This document shows positions 34,970 to 45,918 of a stretch of 64,000 nucleotides of DNA, in pieces. The stretch lies in NCBI GenBank assembly GCA_021324075.1, contig JAJPJW010000040.1, positions 2,255 through 66,254 on the forward strand, written 5' to 3'. Position numbers and translations under genes: made by a program. The stretch is from Pseudomonadota bacterium (GTDB lineage: Bacteria; Oederibacteriota; Muellerivitia; Muellerivitales; Muellerivitaceae). The notes under the pieces were generated by a model that saw only the letters and a list, made by a program, of their open reading frames with translations, made no database searches and was not told where the DNA came from. The stretch's first letter is position 1. Each line of letters begins with the position of its first letter.

Positions 34970-35425
34970 TCAATTCCGAATTCTCTTGGTCATGTAAACC
35001 GCCATGCCCCTCGGCTTTTTGAACCCGCAGCTTTTGTAAAACTCCACCGCCCCGGAATTGTCGGCCAGGACCCATGCCTCGGAAAGATGCTTGGCGCCCA
35101 TCCAGGCCTCCAAGGCCCCTTGCAGGGCCTTCCCTACCCCGGCGCGGCGGGATTTTTTCCGCACGCCGATTTCGTAAAGGAGGACCTCGTCCTTTCCGGC
35201 CCGCATTTTGAGGAGGTAACAGAACAGGAAGCCCACCACCCGGCCCTTTTCCTCGGCGGTCCAAAAAAGCACCGAAGGGTCGGTGAGGAATTTCCGGGCG
35301 GCCTTGAACCCCAGGGGCTTTAAGGGGCCGCCCCGGCCCTCGACGTCGAAGTCGGCGTCTTCCCCCGCGAGGCCCCGCAGGAGGTCTTCGTTGCCGATGG
35401 TCAGGCGGCGTATCTTGGTTTTCAT
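34970..35425 (-). CDS. GNAT family N-acetyltransferase
   Basis: YEIGVRKKSRRAGVGKALQGALEAW is the Q/RxxGxG/A acetyl-CoA motif. ATG 35425; the upstream part of the track ORF is low-complexity. Confidence 0.8.
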   Translation of the reverse strand: MKTKIRRLTIGNEDLLRGLAGEDADFDVEGRGGPLKPLGFKAARKFLTDPSVLFWTAEEKGRVVGFLFCYLLKMRAGKDEVLLYEIGVRKKSRRAGVGKALQGALEAWMGAKHLSEAWVLADNSGAVEFYKSCGFKKPRGMAVYMTKRIRN

Positions 35426-35483
35426 GGCGCCATATCCTTTGGGCCCAGACAAGATCGGTGACGGTCTTGGGGACGCAATGGGT

Positions 35484-35984
35484 TTAACCCGCCGGACAGG
35501 GCTTGAAGGAAGACCAATCGATTCCCTCCTGGAAAGGGTCGTCGGGCGGGATGACGGTTTTAAAGTTGAAGGCAAACTGGGTCGGGCCATGGGCTTGCAG
35601 GTACTCGAGCCTTTTCTTCGCTTCATCCACGCCAGGGATATGGCCCAGGGGGACCCACCAGAGGGCGGTCGAAGCACCGTCGAACTTGTTGAACCATTCT
35701 TGCCTTTGCCGGACCATTTCGGCGTGGGCCGAATGATAAGCGTAATTCTTCAGCGCCTCAACCGTTTCCCAGACTGACATATTGAAAAGTATGCGGTCGT
35801 CGTCATAGGGACGCAGGTAAAGGTTGTTTCCCTGGGATGTTTCGAGCCGCCAAATAAAACCCGGGCTTTTGTCCGCTAGGGCGTTGATTTCATTGATGCG
35901 GACGTTGAACCCCGCCATGAGGGGGTCTTCCAAGGGGGCTTTCATCCGGGCGATATTGACCTGCGCAAGATGGTACTTGTTCAT
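35484..35984 (-). CDS. DUF3291 domain protein
   Basis: HLAQVNIARMKAPLEDPLMAGF..INALADKSPGFIWRL is the DUF3291 signature. Confidence 0.75.
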   Translation of the reverse strand: MNKYHLAQVNIARMKAPLEDPLMAGFNVRINEINALADKSPGFIWRLETSQGNNLYLRPYDDDRILFNMSVWETVEALKNYAYHSAHAEMVRQRQEWFNKFDGASTALWWVPLGHIPGVDEAKKRLEYLQAHGPTQFAFNFKTVIPPDDPFQEGIDWSSFKPCPAG

Positions 35985-36156
35985 TTTTCACCTCCCGCCA
36001 GGGGCCTTGTTGCCCGTCCCCGTTCCATTTAGGATAAAGCTCCTTTTATATAAAACCGATTCCACGGAATGTTTCAAGCCTCCAGGGAGCAAACCCCATG
36101 CCTGAAAAGCCGGGCGCTCAATCTGGAATAAACCGGGATTCGAAGGAGGCCTTAGG

Positions 36157-36540
36157 ATGGCTGCTTTTTTAGCGATCGGATTGGTGGCCGGAATCGCTTC
36201 CGGAATCTTTGGCATCGGGGGGGGCGTCCTCATCGTCCCCGCCCTGGCCTTCTTTTGCGGTTTCACCCAGGAACAGTCCATCGGCACCAGCCTGGCCGTC
36301 CTTTTGCCGCCCGTAGGCTTGGCCGCGGTGTTGGAATACTACCGCAACGGCAACGTGAACTTGAGGGCCGCCGTCCTGGTGGCCCTGGGCGTTTTCGTGG
36401 GGGCCTGGTTGGGCGCCTTGTTGGCCCACAAGATGGGCGACGCCTGGTTGAAATTGGCCTTTGGGCTGTTCATCATCTTACTGGGGGTTTGGATGGTCGC
36501 GGCTTCCCTGAAGGGACTCCACCTGATCAAGGACATCTAA
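36157..36540 (+). CDS. TauE/SafE family membrane protein, half-size (127 aa)
   Basis: GIASGIFGIGGGVLIVPAL..SIGTSLAV motif. Only four helices. Confidence 0.7.
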   Translation: MAAFLAIGLVAGIASGIFGIGGGVLIVPALAFFCGFTQEQSIGTSLAVLLPPVGLAAVLEYYRNGNVNLRAAVLVALGVFVGAWLGALLAHKMGDAWLKLAFGLFIILLGVWMVAASLKGLHLIKDI

Positions 36541-36554
36541 AAAGGAGTGTTGTC

Positions 36555-36923
36555 ATGAAGTTCGCCAAGTGGGTCTTCCGCGTCGCCGGCATCTACGGAA
36601 TCGTGGTGCTGCTTCCTTTTTATTTCATCGAGAACAATCCCCAGGCCATTCCCCCTCCCGCCATTACCCACCCCGAATATTATTATGGTTTCGTGGGCCT
36701 GGGCCTCGCCTGGCAGGTGGTGTTCCTTATTATTTCAACCGACCCGGCGAAATACCGGCTTTTGATGATTCCTTCGGTCCTTGAGAAATTCAGCTTCGCC
36801 GTCGCGGTGGCCGTGCTTTATCTGGTGGGCCGTGTAGGACCTTACATCCTTCCAGGAGCTGTCCCCGATACCCTCTTGGGCGTTCTCTTCATCGCTTCTT
36901 ATTTTAAGGCCGGGAAGGATTAG
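36555..36923 (+). CDS. Small integral membrane protein (122 aa)
   Basis: AAAGGAG lies 8 nt before ATG 36555. Four hydrophobic segments. Confidence 0.6.
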   Translation: MKFAKWVFRVAGIYGIVVLLPFYFIENNPQAIPPPAITHPEYYYGFVGLGLAWQVVFLIISTDPAKYRLLMIPSVLEKFSFAVAVAVLYLVGRVGPYILPGAVPDTLLGVLFIASYFKAGKD

Positions 36924-37612
36924 GCCCGGGGGAGCTGCAGGTATTTCCGGCGTTCCTTTTCCGGAAACTTCTCGATGGCGTAACGTAGCATGGTGCGGGG
37001 CATGGAAGGGGCGTGGCGGGCCAGGAACTTCTTCAAGGCCGGCAGGTTCCGCTTCCCGGCCTCCCGCAGCATCCAACCCACGGCTTTATGAATGAGGTCT
37101 TCCTCGTCCTTCAAAAGCCTTTCCGCCAGCCTGAAACTGTCGGCGGTGTCGCCCTGGCGGATGAACCACCAGGTGGAAACCATGGCGATGCGCCGCTCCC
37201 AGAGATTTTTGGACCCGGCCAGCTTGAAAAGCACCGTCCGGTCTTTATCCAATAAATAAGGCCCCACGATGTAGGGGGCGCTGTCGTCCACGCCGTCCCA
37301 GTTGCGGATGTACCCCTTGTGCTTCAGGTAGAAGTCGTAGATTTCCTTTTTCCCCGCCCCGTCCCCCTTGTTGAACTTCAGCACCAGGATGGAATTGGCC
37401 AGGGACCTTTCATCGTGCACCCGCGAGGCCATCAGGCGTTTCACGTCGGAAAGCGGCAGGGTCCAGAAGGCCCGGGACACCTCCCGCATCTTGGGGGTGG
37501 TGACACCCAGGAAGACGTCCTTTTCGGCGTTCTTGAAGAATCCCCGGTAGGTCTTGGCTTTCTTCGCGTCGGCATGCCGCCGCAGGGCCCGTTTCGCTTT
37601 GGAAAGGGTCAC
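36920..37612 (-). CDS. DNA alkylation repair protein (AlkD-like HEAT-repeat family)
   Basis: AKKAKTYRGFFKN..VFLGVTTPKMREV.., ..NLWERRIAMVSTWWFI.., ..DLIHKAVGWMLREAG. GTG 37612 (4 nt after the pirin stop) is preferred; the ATG at 37708 would overlap pirin by 92 nt. Confidence 0.8.
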   Translation of the reverse strand: MTLSKAKRALRRHADAKKAKTYRGFFKNAEKDVFLGVTTPKMREVSRAFWTLPLSDVKRLMASRVHDERSLANSILVLKFNKGDGAGKKEIYDFYLKHKGYIRNWDGVDDSAPYIVGPYLLDKDRTVLFKLAGSKNLWERRIAMVSTWWFIRQGDTADSFRLAERLLKDEEDLIHKAVGWMLREAGKRNLPALKKFLARHAPSMPRTMLRYAIEKFPEKERRKYLQLPRA

Positions 37613-37616
37613 GCGC

Positions 37617-38333
37617 TCAGCCCTTGCGGCCGTTGGGGCCGATGTCGAAGAGGAGGAATTGGGAATCCTTGCCCGCTTTGAGGTCCAGGGCCTTCTCGTC
37701 TTCGCCATAGGCGGCGTCGCCCGCCTTGAGTTTCTTGCCGTTGACGTCCAGCTCCCCCTCCACCATCTGCAGCCAGAAGCCCGACCCTTCGCGGGGCTCG
37801 GCGGCCAGTTTTTTCCCGACGCCCAGCAGCGAGGCGTAAAGCTCGATGTCCTGGTGGATCACCACCGATCCGTCTTTCCCCTGCTTGGACCCGATCAGCA
37901 AAAGCTTGTCCTTTTTGTCCTTGTCGGAAAAATGCTTCTGGTCGTAACGGGGCGTGAGGCCCTGCTTGTCCGGGAACATCCAGATTTGGAGGAAATGCAC
38001 CTTCTGCTTGTCGGAGGGGTTGAACTCGCTGTGGGTGATGCCCGTGCCCGCGCTCATGACCTGCACGTCCCCGGGCTGGATGACCGAGCCCGTGCCCATG
38101 CTGTCCTTGTGTTCCAGCTGGCCTTCAAGGACATAGCTAAGGATCTCCATATTGTCGTGGGGATGGCGCCCGAAACCCTGGCCCGGCTCCACCCGGTCCT
38201 CATTGATCACCCTCAAGGACCGGAAACCGTGGAAATGGGGGTCGTAGTACCCGGCGAAGGAAAAGCTATGGTAGCTGTTCAGCCAGCCGTGGTCGGCGTG
38301 GCCGCGGTCTTGGGACAAACGCAAGTTGATCAT
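37617..38333 (-). CDS. Pirin family protein
   Basis: RGHADHGWLNSYHSFSFAGYYDP..GFGRHPHDNMEILSYVLEG.LEHKDS.G. Confidence 0.9.
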   Translation of the reverse strand: MINLRLSQDRGHADHGWLNSYHSFSFAGYYDPHFHGFRSLRVINEDRVEPGQGFGRHPHDNMEILSYVLEGQLEHKDSMGTGSVIQPGDVQVMSAGTGITHSEFNPSDKQKVHFLQIWMFPDKQGLTPRYDQKHFSDKDKKDKLLLIGSKQGKDGSVVIHQDIELYASLLGVGKKLAAEPREGSGFWLQMVEGELDVNGKKLKAGDAAYGEDEKALDLKAGKDSQFLLFDIGPNGRKG

Positions 38334-38447
38334 AACGGCCTCCTGGAGAATGGGAACCCATCAGCTGGAAGGTCGGGCGGAAGGCCGCCTCTTTCAAGGC
38401 ATTACCGCGGGGTAAGTAGTTTGGTTAAGGTCATGTCTTAGTTTTTT

Positions 38448-38581
38448 GTCATTCCGAGGAGCAGAGCCGATAGGCTCAGTTTGCGACGTGGGAATCCCAG
38501 GTTTTTGCTGTTGAAGAAATAACACAACCTAAGATTGCCACGGTCCAAAACGCCCCGATTGGGGCTGGACCTCGCAATGAC
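38448..38581. repeat. 134-nt structured palindromic repeat, copy C1
   Basis: Ends GTCATTCCGAGG / CCTCGCAATGAC. Inner hairpins GAGCC-GATA-GGCTC (38464-38477) and GCCCC-GATT-GGGGC (38552-38565). About 80 percent identical to 41347-41480. Confidence 0.85.
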
Positions 38582-38607
38582 AGCCTAAAATATTCTCCCA
38601 ATACTAC

Positions 38608-39594
38608 CTATCGGTTGACCGTGCTCATGTCCGCGTAGCGCGGGCCCGCGGTGACACCCCGGGGGAAGGCTTCATCCAATTGCTTGAGCTCGGAAGGGTT
38701 GAGGCGCACTTCAAGGGCCCCCAGGTTTTCCTCCAAACGCTCCTTCTTGGTGGTGCCGGGGATGGGGACGACGTCCTCCCCCTGGGCCATGACCCAGGCC
38801 AGCGCCAATTGGGCGGGGGTGCATTTCTTTTCGGCGGCCAGGGCCTTTACCCGTTCGGCCAATTCCAGGTTCTTTTCGAAGTTGCCGGCCTGGAAGCGGG
38901 GGTGGCGCCGGCGCCAGTCGTCCTGCGGCAGGTCCTCCGGGCTCTTGAAGGCGCCCGTCAAAAAGCCCCGGCCCAGGGGGCTGTAGGGCACGAAACCGAT
39001 GCCCAGCTCCCGGACGGTCTTGAGGATTTCCTCTTCCGGTTCCCGGCTCCAGAGGGAGTATTCGGTCTGGAGCGCCGAGATGGGATGCACCTGATGGGCG
39101 CGGCGGATGGTGGCGGGGGCGGCCTCGGACAAGCCCAGGTAGCGCACCTTGCCCTGTTTCACCAACTGGGCCATGGCGCCCACTGTATCCTCGATGGGGG
39201 TTTCCTTGTCCACGCGGTGCTGGTAGTAAAGGTCGATATGGTCGGTCTTCAGGCGGCGGAGGGAATCGTCACAGCACTTGAGCACGTAGTCCGGCTTGCC
39301 CGAGACGCCCAGGAACTTGCCGTCGGGGGTTCGTTGGTTGCCGAATTTGGTGGCCAGGGTCACCTTGTCCCGCCGCCCCTGCAGGAACTTCCCCAGGAGC
39401 TCCTCGTTGGTGAAGGGGCCGTAGATGTCGGCCGTATCCAGGAAAGTGACGCCCAATTCAAGGGCCCGGCCCAGGGTTTCCAGGGACTTCCCTTCCTCAC
39501 CCCTTCCCGAGTAAAAGTCGGACATGCCCATGCAGCCCAACCCCATGCGGGTCACTTCCAAACCTTGGCTTCCGAGTTTGACTTTCGGGACCAT
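38608..39594 (-). CDS. Aldo/keto reductase
   Basis: [28 protein letters not shown].. and the rest are collinear with the AKR11/13-type pattern. ATG 39594; the upstream track extension is R/H/P-rich. Confidence 0.9.
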   Translation of the reverse strand: MVPKVKLGSQGLEVTRMGLGCMGMSDFYSGRGEEGKSLETLGRALELGVTFLDTADIYGPFTNEELLGKFLQGRRDKVTLATKFGNQRTPDGKFLGVSGKPDYVLKCCDDSLRRLKTDHIDLYYQHRVDKETPIEDTVGAMAQLVKQGKVRYLGLSEAAPATIRRAHQVHPISALQTEYSLWSREPEEEILKTVRELGIGFVPYSPLGRGFLTGAFKSPEDLPQDDWRRRHPRFQAGNFEKNLELAERVKALAAEKKCTPAQLALAWVMAQGEDVVPIPGTTKKERLEENLGALEVRLNPSELKQLDEAFPRGVTAGPRYADMSTVNR

Positions 39595-39605
39595 GACGGA
39601 CCTCC

Positions 39606-40274
39606 TTAGCGCTGTATCTTGATGTTGATCATGCCGTTTTTGAGGGAGCCGTAGAGCCTCACCCACATGCCCATGTACATTTCCTGCCCGCGGGCGGCGC
39701 TGATATCCCCCAGGTCCAGGATGTCGGTCCACCCGAAGGATTTCAAGACTTCGGTCACTTTCCCCTTGGCTTCCGCGTCGTTGCCCGAAAGGAAGATCGT
39801 ATGGTCGCCGTTATGGACCATCTTGGGGTTCACCATGATGGGCGCGGCCAGGGTGTTGAAGCATTTGACCACCTTGAGATTCGGGAAGGCGGCTTGGATC
39901 TTTCCCGCCACCGAGCGGTCCTCGCTGGCCAGGGCCAGGGGGAAGCCTTTGCTGAAATCCAGTTCATTGGCGGTGTCGATGAGAACCTTCGGCCCTACTT
40001 TGTCGGCCTCCGCCATCTTGAGGGCTTCCACCGAGATCTGCCCGTGGGTGGCGTTGATGAGGAGCTCCCCGTGCTGGGCCGCTTCCTTGAAGGTGGCGAC
40101 CTTGGCCTTGTTCTTCACTTGGTCCAGCCATTCGTTGAGGCTGACCGCCATGTTTTTCTTTTCGTCCAGCTTCTTCGGGTCGCGGGTGCCCAAAACCACG
40201 TCATGCCCCAGTTCCACCAGCTTGGCCCCCAGGGTCTGGGCCACAACGCCTGTTCCGATGATGCCGATCTTCAT
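39606..40274 (-). CDS. NADP oxidoreductase, F420-dependent NADP reductase-like (NpdG family)
   Basis: [33 protein letters not shown] Rossmann motif. It lies 11 nt upstream of the AKR gene. Confidence 0.8.
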   Translation of the reverse strand: MKIGIIGTGVVAQTLGAKLVELGHDVVLGTRDPKKLDEKKNMAVSLNEWLDQVKNKAKVATFKEAAQHGELLINATHGQISVEALKMAEADKVGPKVLIDTANELDFSKGFPLALASEDRSVAGKIQAAFPNLKVVKCFNTLAAPIMVNPKMVHNGDHTIFLSGNDAEAKGKVTEVLKSFGWTDILDLGDISAARGQEMYMGMWVRLYGSLKNGMINIKIQR

Positions 40275-40461
40275 AAGTCCGCTCCTCGATAAGGGATGGA
40301 AGACCCGGCAAGTCTACCCTCATCTCTTTTATAAAATCGAGCCTTGCTCGATAAAAGTTATGGGGGTTGTGCCGTTTTCCATTTTGGGGCCGGGGCCCCT
40401 TTCCAATTGGATAAACGGCATAGAACGGTGGCTTAAACAAATGCAAGACGGAGGCAGGAAT

Positions 40462-41334
40462 TTACTTGAGGGTTGCGGTGATGACTTTCTTCAAGGCCAG
40501 CACGGCCGGGGAGAGCGGTGCCTTCCTGCGCCAGGCCAGGGAGAGGGTGCGCTCGGCCTTGGGGGACGACACCCGCGCGTAAGCCACGCCAGGGAACTTG
40601 GCCACCATCTGGGGCACCAGGCTGATGCCCAGCCCCGCCGCCACCAGGGCCTGCACCGTCTCGATGCCGCCGCTTTCGAAGACCACCTTGGGTTCCAGCC
40701 CCGCCTTTCGGTAAAGGTCCAGGGTGATCTGCCGGAAACCGTGGCCGGATTTCATGAGGATAAATGGTTCCTCGGCCGCCTGCTTGAGACTGAGGCTGTT
40801 CTTCCCCGCCAAGGGATGCCGGACGGGCAGGGCCAAAAGCAGTTCCTCGGCCAGGACCGTCTGGTGGTCCAACCCGGGCCTCAGGCCCGCCTCGTCCATG
40901 ATGGCCAGCTCGATCTCGCCCTGCTCCAAATCCCTCGCCAGGTCCGGGGAGGACTCTTCCTTCAAGTGGACCTGGATCTTCGGGTAAGCCCTGCGGAAGG
41001 CCGTCAGGATGGGCGGGAGCAGGTGGGCCCCGGTGGTGGGCATGCAGCCCAGGCTGACCTTGCCCAGGGTGAGCCCGGATTGGGCCTTGGCATCCTCCCG
41101 GGCCGATTCCATCTCCTCCAGGATCGTCCTGACCCGGGGCAAAAAGGCGGCCCCCCGGGCGGTCAACCGCCCGCCCTTGCGGGTGCGCTCGAAAAGCGGC
41201 CCGCCCAGCTCGTCCTCCAGCTTGGCGATCTGGATCGAAAGGGAAGGCTGGGACACGTTGCTTTGCCGGGCCGCTTGGGTGAAACTGCCCGTCTGGGCCA
41301 CGGCCAGGAAGTAGCGCAATTGGTGGGTTTCCAT
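40462..41334 (-). CDS. LysR family transcriptional regulator
   Basis: METHQLRYFLAVAQTGSFTQAARQSNVSQPSLSIQIAKLEDELG. ATG 41334; the upstream track extension runs into repeat C2. Confidence 0.95.
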   Translation of the reverse strand: METHQLRYFLAVAQTGSFTQAARQSNVSQPSLSIQIAKLEDELGGPLFERTRKGGRLTARGAAFLPRVRTILEEMESAREDAKAQSGLTLGKVSLGCMPTTGAHLLPPILTAFRRAYPKIQVHLKEESSPDLARDLEQGEIELAIMDEAGLRPGLDHQTVLAEELLLALPVRHPLAGKNSLSLKQAAEEPFILMKSGHGFRQITLDLYRKAGLEPKVVFESGGIETVQALVAAGLGISLVPQMVAKFPGVAYARVSSPKAERTLSLAWRRKAPLSPAVLALKKVITATLK

Positions 41335-41346
41335 TTTTTCCTCGTT

Positions 41347-41480
41347 GTCATCCCGAGGAGCGGTGCCGATAGGCACGATTTCGCGACGTTGGGATCTCAG
41401 GTTTTGCTGTTGAAGAAAGACCACAACCTGAGATTGCCACGCCCCTACCCGCGCCGATTGGCGCAGGGGCTCGCAATGAC
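41347..41480. repeat. 134-nt structured palindromic repeat, copy C2
   Basis: Same orientation as C1. Inner hairpins GTGCC-GATA-GGCAC (41363-41376) and GCGCC-GATT-GGCGC (41451-41464) carry compensatory changes relative to C1. Confidence 0.85.
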
Positions 41481-41490
41481 GTAGAAGATT

Positions 41491-41525
41491 ATAGTTAAAA
41501 GCTATTCTAAATATAGAAACTATAT
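41491..41525. promoter_or_regulatory. Two AT-rich dyads upstream of leuC (LTTR-type T-N11-A candidate)
   Basis: ATAG-TTAAAAG-CTAT (41491-41505) and ATATAG-AAA-CTATAT (41511-41525), 58-92 nt before the leuC ATG. Confidence 0.3.
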
Positions 41526-41582
41526 CTTTTACTTATAACCCGGCGGCCGCTATCTTTTCCCCATTCAACCAAGGAGTGAGCC

Positions 41583-42985
<1,403 letters not shown>

Positions 42986-42989
<4 letters not shown>

Positions 42990-43588
42990 GCAAGATCAAC
43001 CAAATCGAGGGCAAAGCCGTGCCGGTGGAGGGCAACGACATCGACACGGACCGGATCATCCCGGCCCGCTATTTGAAGGAAATCACCTTCACCAACATGG
43101 GCAAATACCCCTTCTACGACGAGCGTTTCGACGCCGAGGGCAAGCCCAAGGGCCATCCCTTCGACCTGCCCCAGTTCGCCGGCTCCCATATCCTTTTCGT
43201 GAACCAGAACTTCGGCTGCGGTTCCTCGCGCGAACACGCGCCCCAGTCCCTCATGCGCTGGGGCATCCGGGCCATCGTGGGCGAGTCCTTCGCCGAGATC
43301 TTCGCGGGCAACTGCACCATGCTGGGCATCCCTACGGTGACCGTGGGCCGCGCGGACATGGAAAAGCTCCAGGCCCTGGCAAAGCAAAAGCCCGAAACCC
43401 AGTTCCTGCTGGACCTGGACAAGAAGGCGCTTTATAGCGAAGGCAAGGAACACCTGAAGTTCGAGATCCACGAGTCCAAGCGCAACGCCTTGGTCAACGG
43501 CACCTGGGACTCGACGGGCCTGCTCCTGGCCAATGCGGGCAAGACGGCGGATGTGGCCAAGAAACTTCCTTATGTAGCGGGGTTTTAA
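42986..43588 (+). CDS. leuD: 3-isopropylmalate dehydratase small subunit
   Basis: ATGA overlap with leu[27 protein letters not shown] signature. Confidence 0.95.
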
Positions 43589-43608
43589 ACCCCGCTCGGG
43601 AGGGAAAA

Positions 43609-44178
43609 ATGAACCCTTACACTGAAACCTGCTTCGCGATCTTTTTCGCTTTCGGCCTTTACATGACCTGGGCCGCCACGCGGGTGAAAAAAGCGGTCAA
43701 ACGCCAGAGCCTTTCGGGAAGGGCCGTGCATTTGGCCATGCTTTATTCGGGTTTTTTCATGAGCTTCATCCGGTTCCCACACTGGGGGCCGCTGGATTTT
43801 CAAGTTCTCCCGGCCACTTCCCTCTTCGGGTCCTTGGGCGTGGCTGTCTGCGGTTTAGGTTTCACCTTTTGCTTCTGGGCCCGGCAAACCCTGGGTGGCA
43901 ACTGGAGCGGCAACGTAACGCTGAAAAAGGGCCATGAACTGGTTAAGCGCGGCCCTTATGCCCTGGCGCGCCACCCCATGTACACCGGCATCCTCATGGG
44001 CCTCTTCGGCACGGCCCTCACCATCGGTGAAGTGGGTAATTTTCTGGGCCCCGCCCTGCTTTTCTTCGCCTTTACCCGCAAAATGGCCATGGAAGAAGCC
44101 TACATGACGGCTCATTTCGGCCGGGCCTACGGGGATTATTCCCGCAAGGTCAAACGGTTGGTGCCCTTCGTTTATTGA
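43609..44178 (+). CDS. Isoprenylcysteine carboxyl methyltransferase (ICMT/PEMT) family membrane protein
   Basis: LVKRGPYALARHPMYTGILMGLFGTAL signature. Polytopic. Confidence 0.8.
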   Translation: MNPYTETCFAIFFAFGLYMTWAATRVKKAVKRQSLSGRAVHLAMLYSGFFMSFIRFPHWGPLDFQVLPATSLFGSLGVAVCGLGFTFCFWARQTLGGNWSGNVTLKKGHELVKRGPYALARHPMYTGILMGLFGTALTIGEVGNFLGPALLFFAFTRKMAMEEAYMTAHFGRAYGDYSRKVKRLVPFVY

Positions 44179-44190
44179 AAAGGAAGCTCC

Positions 44191-44940
44191 ATGCCTGAGC
44201 AAAGCTGGAACCCTGAGGATTACGACCAAAACGCCCGGTTCGTCACGGACCTGGGGGCGGGCGTCGTCGAGCTTTTAAACCCCCAACCAGGCGAACGCAT
44301 CCTGGACCTCGGCTGCGGCGACGGCGTCCTCACCAAAAAGTTCGTGGAGTTTGGCTGCCGGGTGGTGGGTGTGGACGCCAGCCCGGAATTCATCGTGGCC
44401 GCCCGGGGCCTGGGGCTCGATGCCCGGCTGATGGACGGACAAGCCCTTATTTTTAATGAAGAATTCGACGCGGTCTTCAGCAATGCGGCCCTGCACTGGA
44501 TGAAGGACATGGAAGCCGTGATCGACGGCGTTTGGCGGGCCTTGAAACCGGGGGGCCGGTTCGTGGCTGAAATGGGCGGTCACGGCAACATCGAAAAAAT
44601 CGAAAAAGCCACCCGCCGGGCCCTGCGCAAACGCGGCTTGGACAAGAAAGTCCCCGAGCCCAACGTCTATCCTTCTCCCGAAGAATACGGGGCGCTTTTG
44701 GAAAAGCGGGGCTTGCGGGTGAACCAAATCCAACTCTTCCCCCGCCCCACGCCCCTGCCCAAGGACATGAAAACCTGGGTGAAGACCTTCCGGAAAAACT
44801 ATTTGGACGCCGTGCCCCTCAAGGACCGCGAGGCCTTTTTGGAGGAAATCCAGGAAGAGATCCGGCCCCTCCTTTGCGGCCCCGACGGCCGCTGGAGCGC
44901 CGATTACGTTCGCCTCCGCTTCGCGGCATCCAAGCCTTGA
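44191..44940 (+). CDS. Class I SAM-dependent methyltransferase, Tam (trans-aconitate methyltransferase)-like
   Basis: SWNPEDYDQNARF..ILDLGCGDG..VFSNAALHWMKD parallels E. coli Tam (DWNPSLY..VADLGCGPG..IFANASLQWLPD) as I remember it. Confidence 0.75.
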   Translation: MPEQSWNPEDYDQNARFVTDLGAGVVELLNPQPGERILDLGCGDGVLTKKFVEFGCRVVGVDASPEFIVAARGLGLDARLMDGQALIFNEEFDAVFSNAALHWMKDMEAVIDGVWRALKPGGRFVAEMGGHGNIEKIEKATRRALRKRGLDKKVPEPNVYPSPEEYGALLEKRGLRVNQIQLFPRPTPLPKDMKTWVKTFRKNYLDAVPLKDREAFLEEIQEEIRPLLCGPDGRWSADYVRLRFAASKP

Positions 44941-44960
44941 TTTGCGGTTAAAATAACCCC

Positions 44961-45917
44961 GTGCCCATCCTTCTTTCCTCCAAACTCGGCCCCGACGTCC
45001 TGATGGAAAAAATAAGGGAAAAAACCGACGTGGAAGGCTTTTGGCCTTCTGTTTTTGGTTCCAACCCATTTATAGGCCGCTTCAAGAAAAACGACTTCCA
45101 ACTGAGGAAAAGGATTTATTACCGCAATTCCTTTATCCCTGTTTTTTATGGCCGGGTGGGGGAAACCCCGCAAGGGTCGGAGATTCGTGGGGAGTTCCGC
45201 ATGGCCCTTTCCGTCCGGATCTTCATGGGGTTCTGGTTTTCGTTTGTAGGATTGGCCTTCATCCCGACCCTTTTTTTGCTCACCCGCCCCGGTGTTCCTT
45301 ACGGAAAAATTTGGCTCGGTTTGCTCGGTCTTCTCGCGATGTTGGCCCTCGGGATGGGGATGGTCAAGTTTGGCCAATGGCTTGCCCGGGGCCATATTGG
45401 CTTGATCACCCAGTATCTCGAAGGCTGCGCCCAGGGATCCATCCAGGGCCATGAGGACTACCGGACCAAAACCATCCTGGCTCCAAAATATTGGGCCTTT
45501 GAACTGCTCGTCCGCCGGACACTGGCTTTTTTATGGGATACGGTCATCCCAGCCATTCCCACCGTCCTGTGGCCGGCCTTTCACGACTCCCCATCCCAGG
45601 ACCTGCCTTGGTGGTTGTTCCTGCCTTGTTTTTTTCTTTACGAAAACGTCGTGGCCTGGGTTTGGGGCAGGGGCTTGGGAGAAAACATGGCCCGGCTTCA
45701 AGTGAGGTCGCTCGGAGGTGGAAAACTGGCTCCCGGCTTGGTGGCTTTAAGATCGCTGGTAAAGGTCGTTTGTTTAATCCCGCTTTATGCGCCCGGACGG
45801 GGGGATTATGGATGGGCGGTTTCAGCCGCGTTATTCCTGGCGCCTTATCTTTTCACGAGAAATAGGTGTTGCCTGCACGACATCGCGGCGAATAGTAAGG
45901 TGGTTTTGCAGGACTAG
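44961..45917 (+). CDS. Membrane protein with a C-terminal RDD-like domain
   Basis: GTG start (alternative ATG at 45003). Several helices. RRTLAFLWD .. CLHDIAANSKVV resembles the RDD family. Confidence 0.5.
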   Translation: MPILLSSKLGPDVLMEKIREKTDVEGFWPSVFGSNPFIGRFKKNDFQLRKRIYYRNSFIPVFYGRVGETPQGSEIRGEFRMALSVRIFMGFWFSFVGLAFIPTLFLLTRPGVPYGKIWLGLLGLLAMLALGMGMVKFGQWLARGHIGLITQYLEGCAQGSIQGHEDYRTKTILAPKYWAFELLVRRTLAFLWDTVIPAIPTVLWPAFHDSPSQDLPWWLFLPCFFLYENVVAWVWGRGLGENMARLQVRSLGGGKLAPGLVALRSLVKVVCLIPLYAPGRGDYGWAVSAALFLAPYLFTRNRCCLHDIAANSKVVLQD

Positions 45918-45918
45918 C

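Noticed and set aside
39667-41484. 605-aa plus-strand ORF spanning the NADP-reductase gene, the LysR gene and repeat C2
   Set aside because: It runs antisense across two well-supported minus-strand genes and a non-coding repeat, and its composition is low-complexity.
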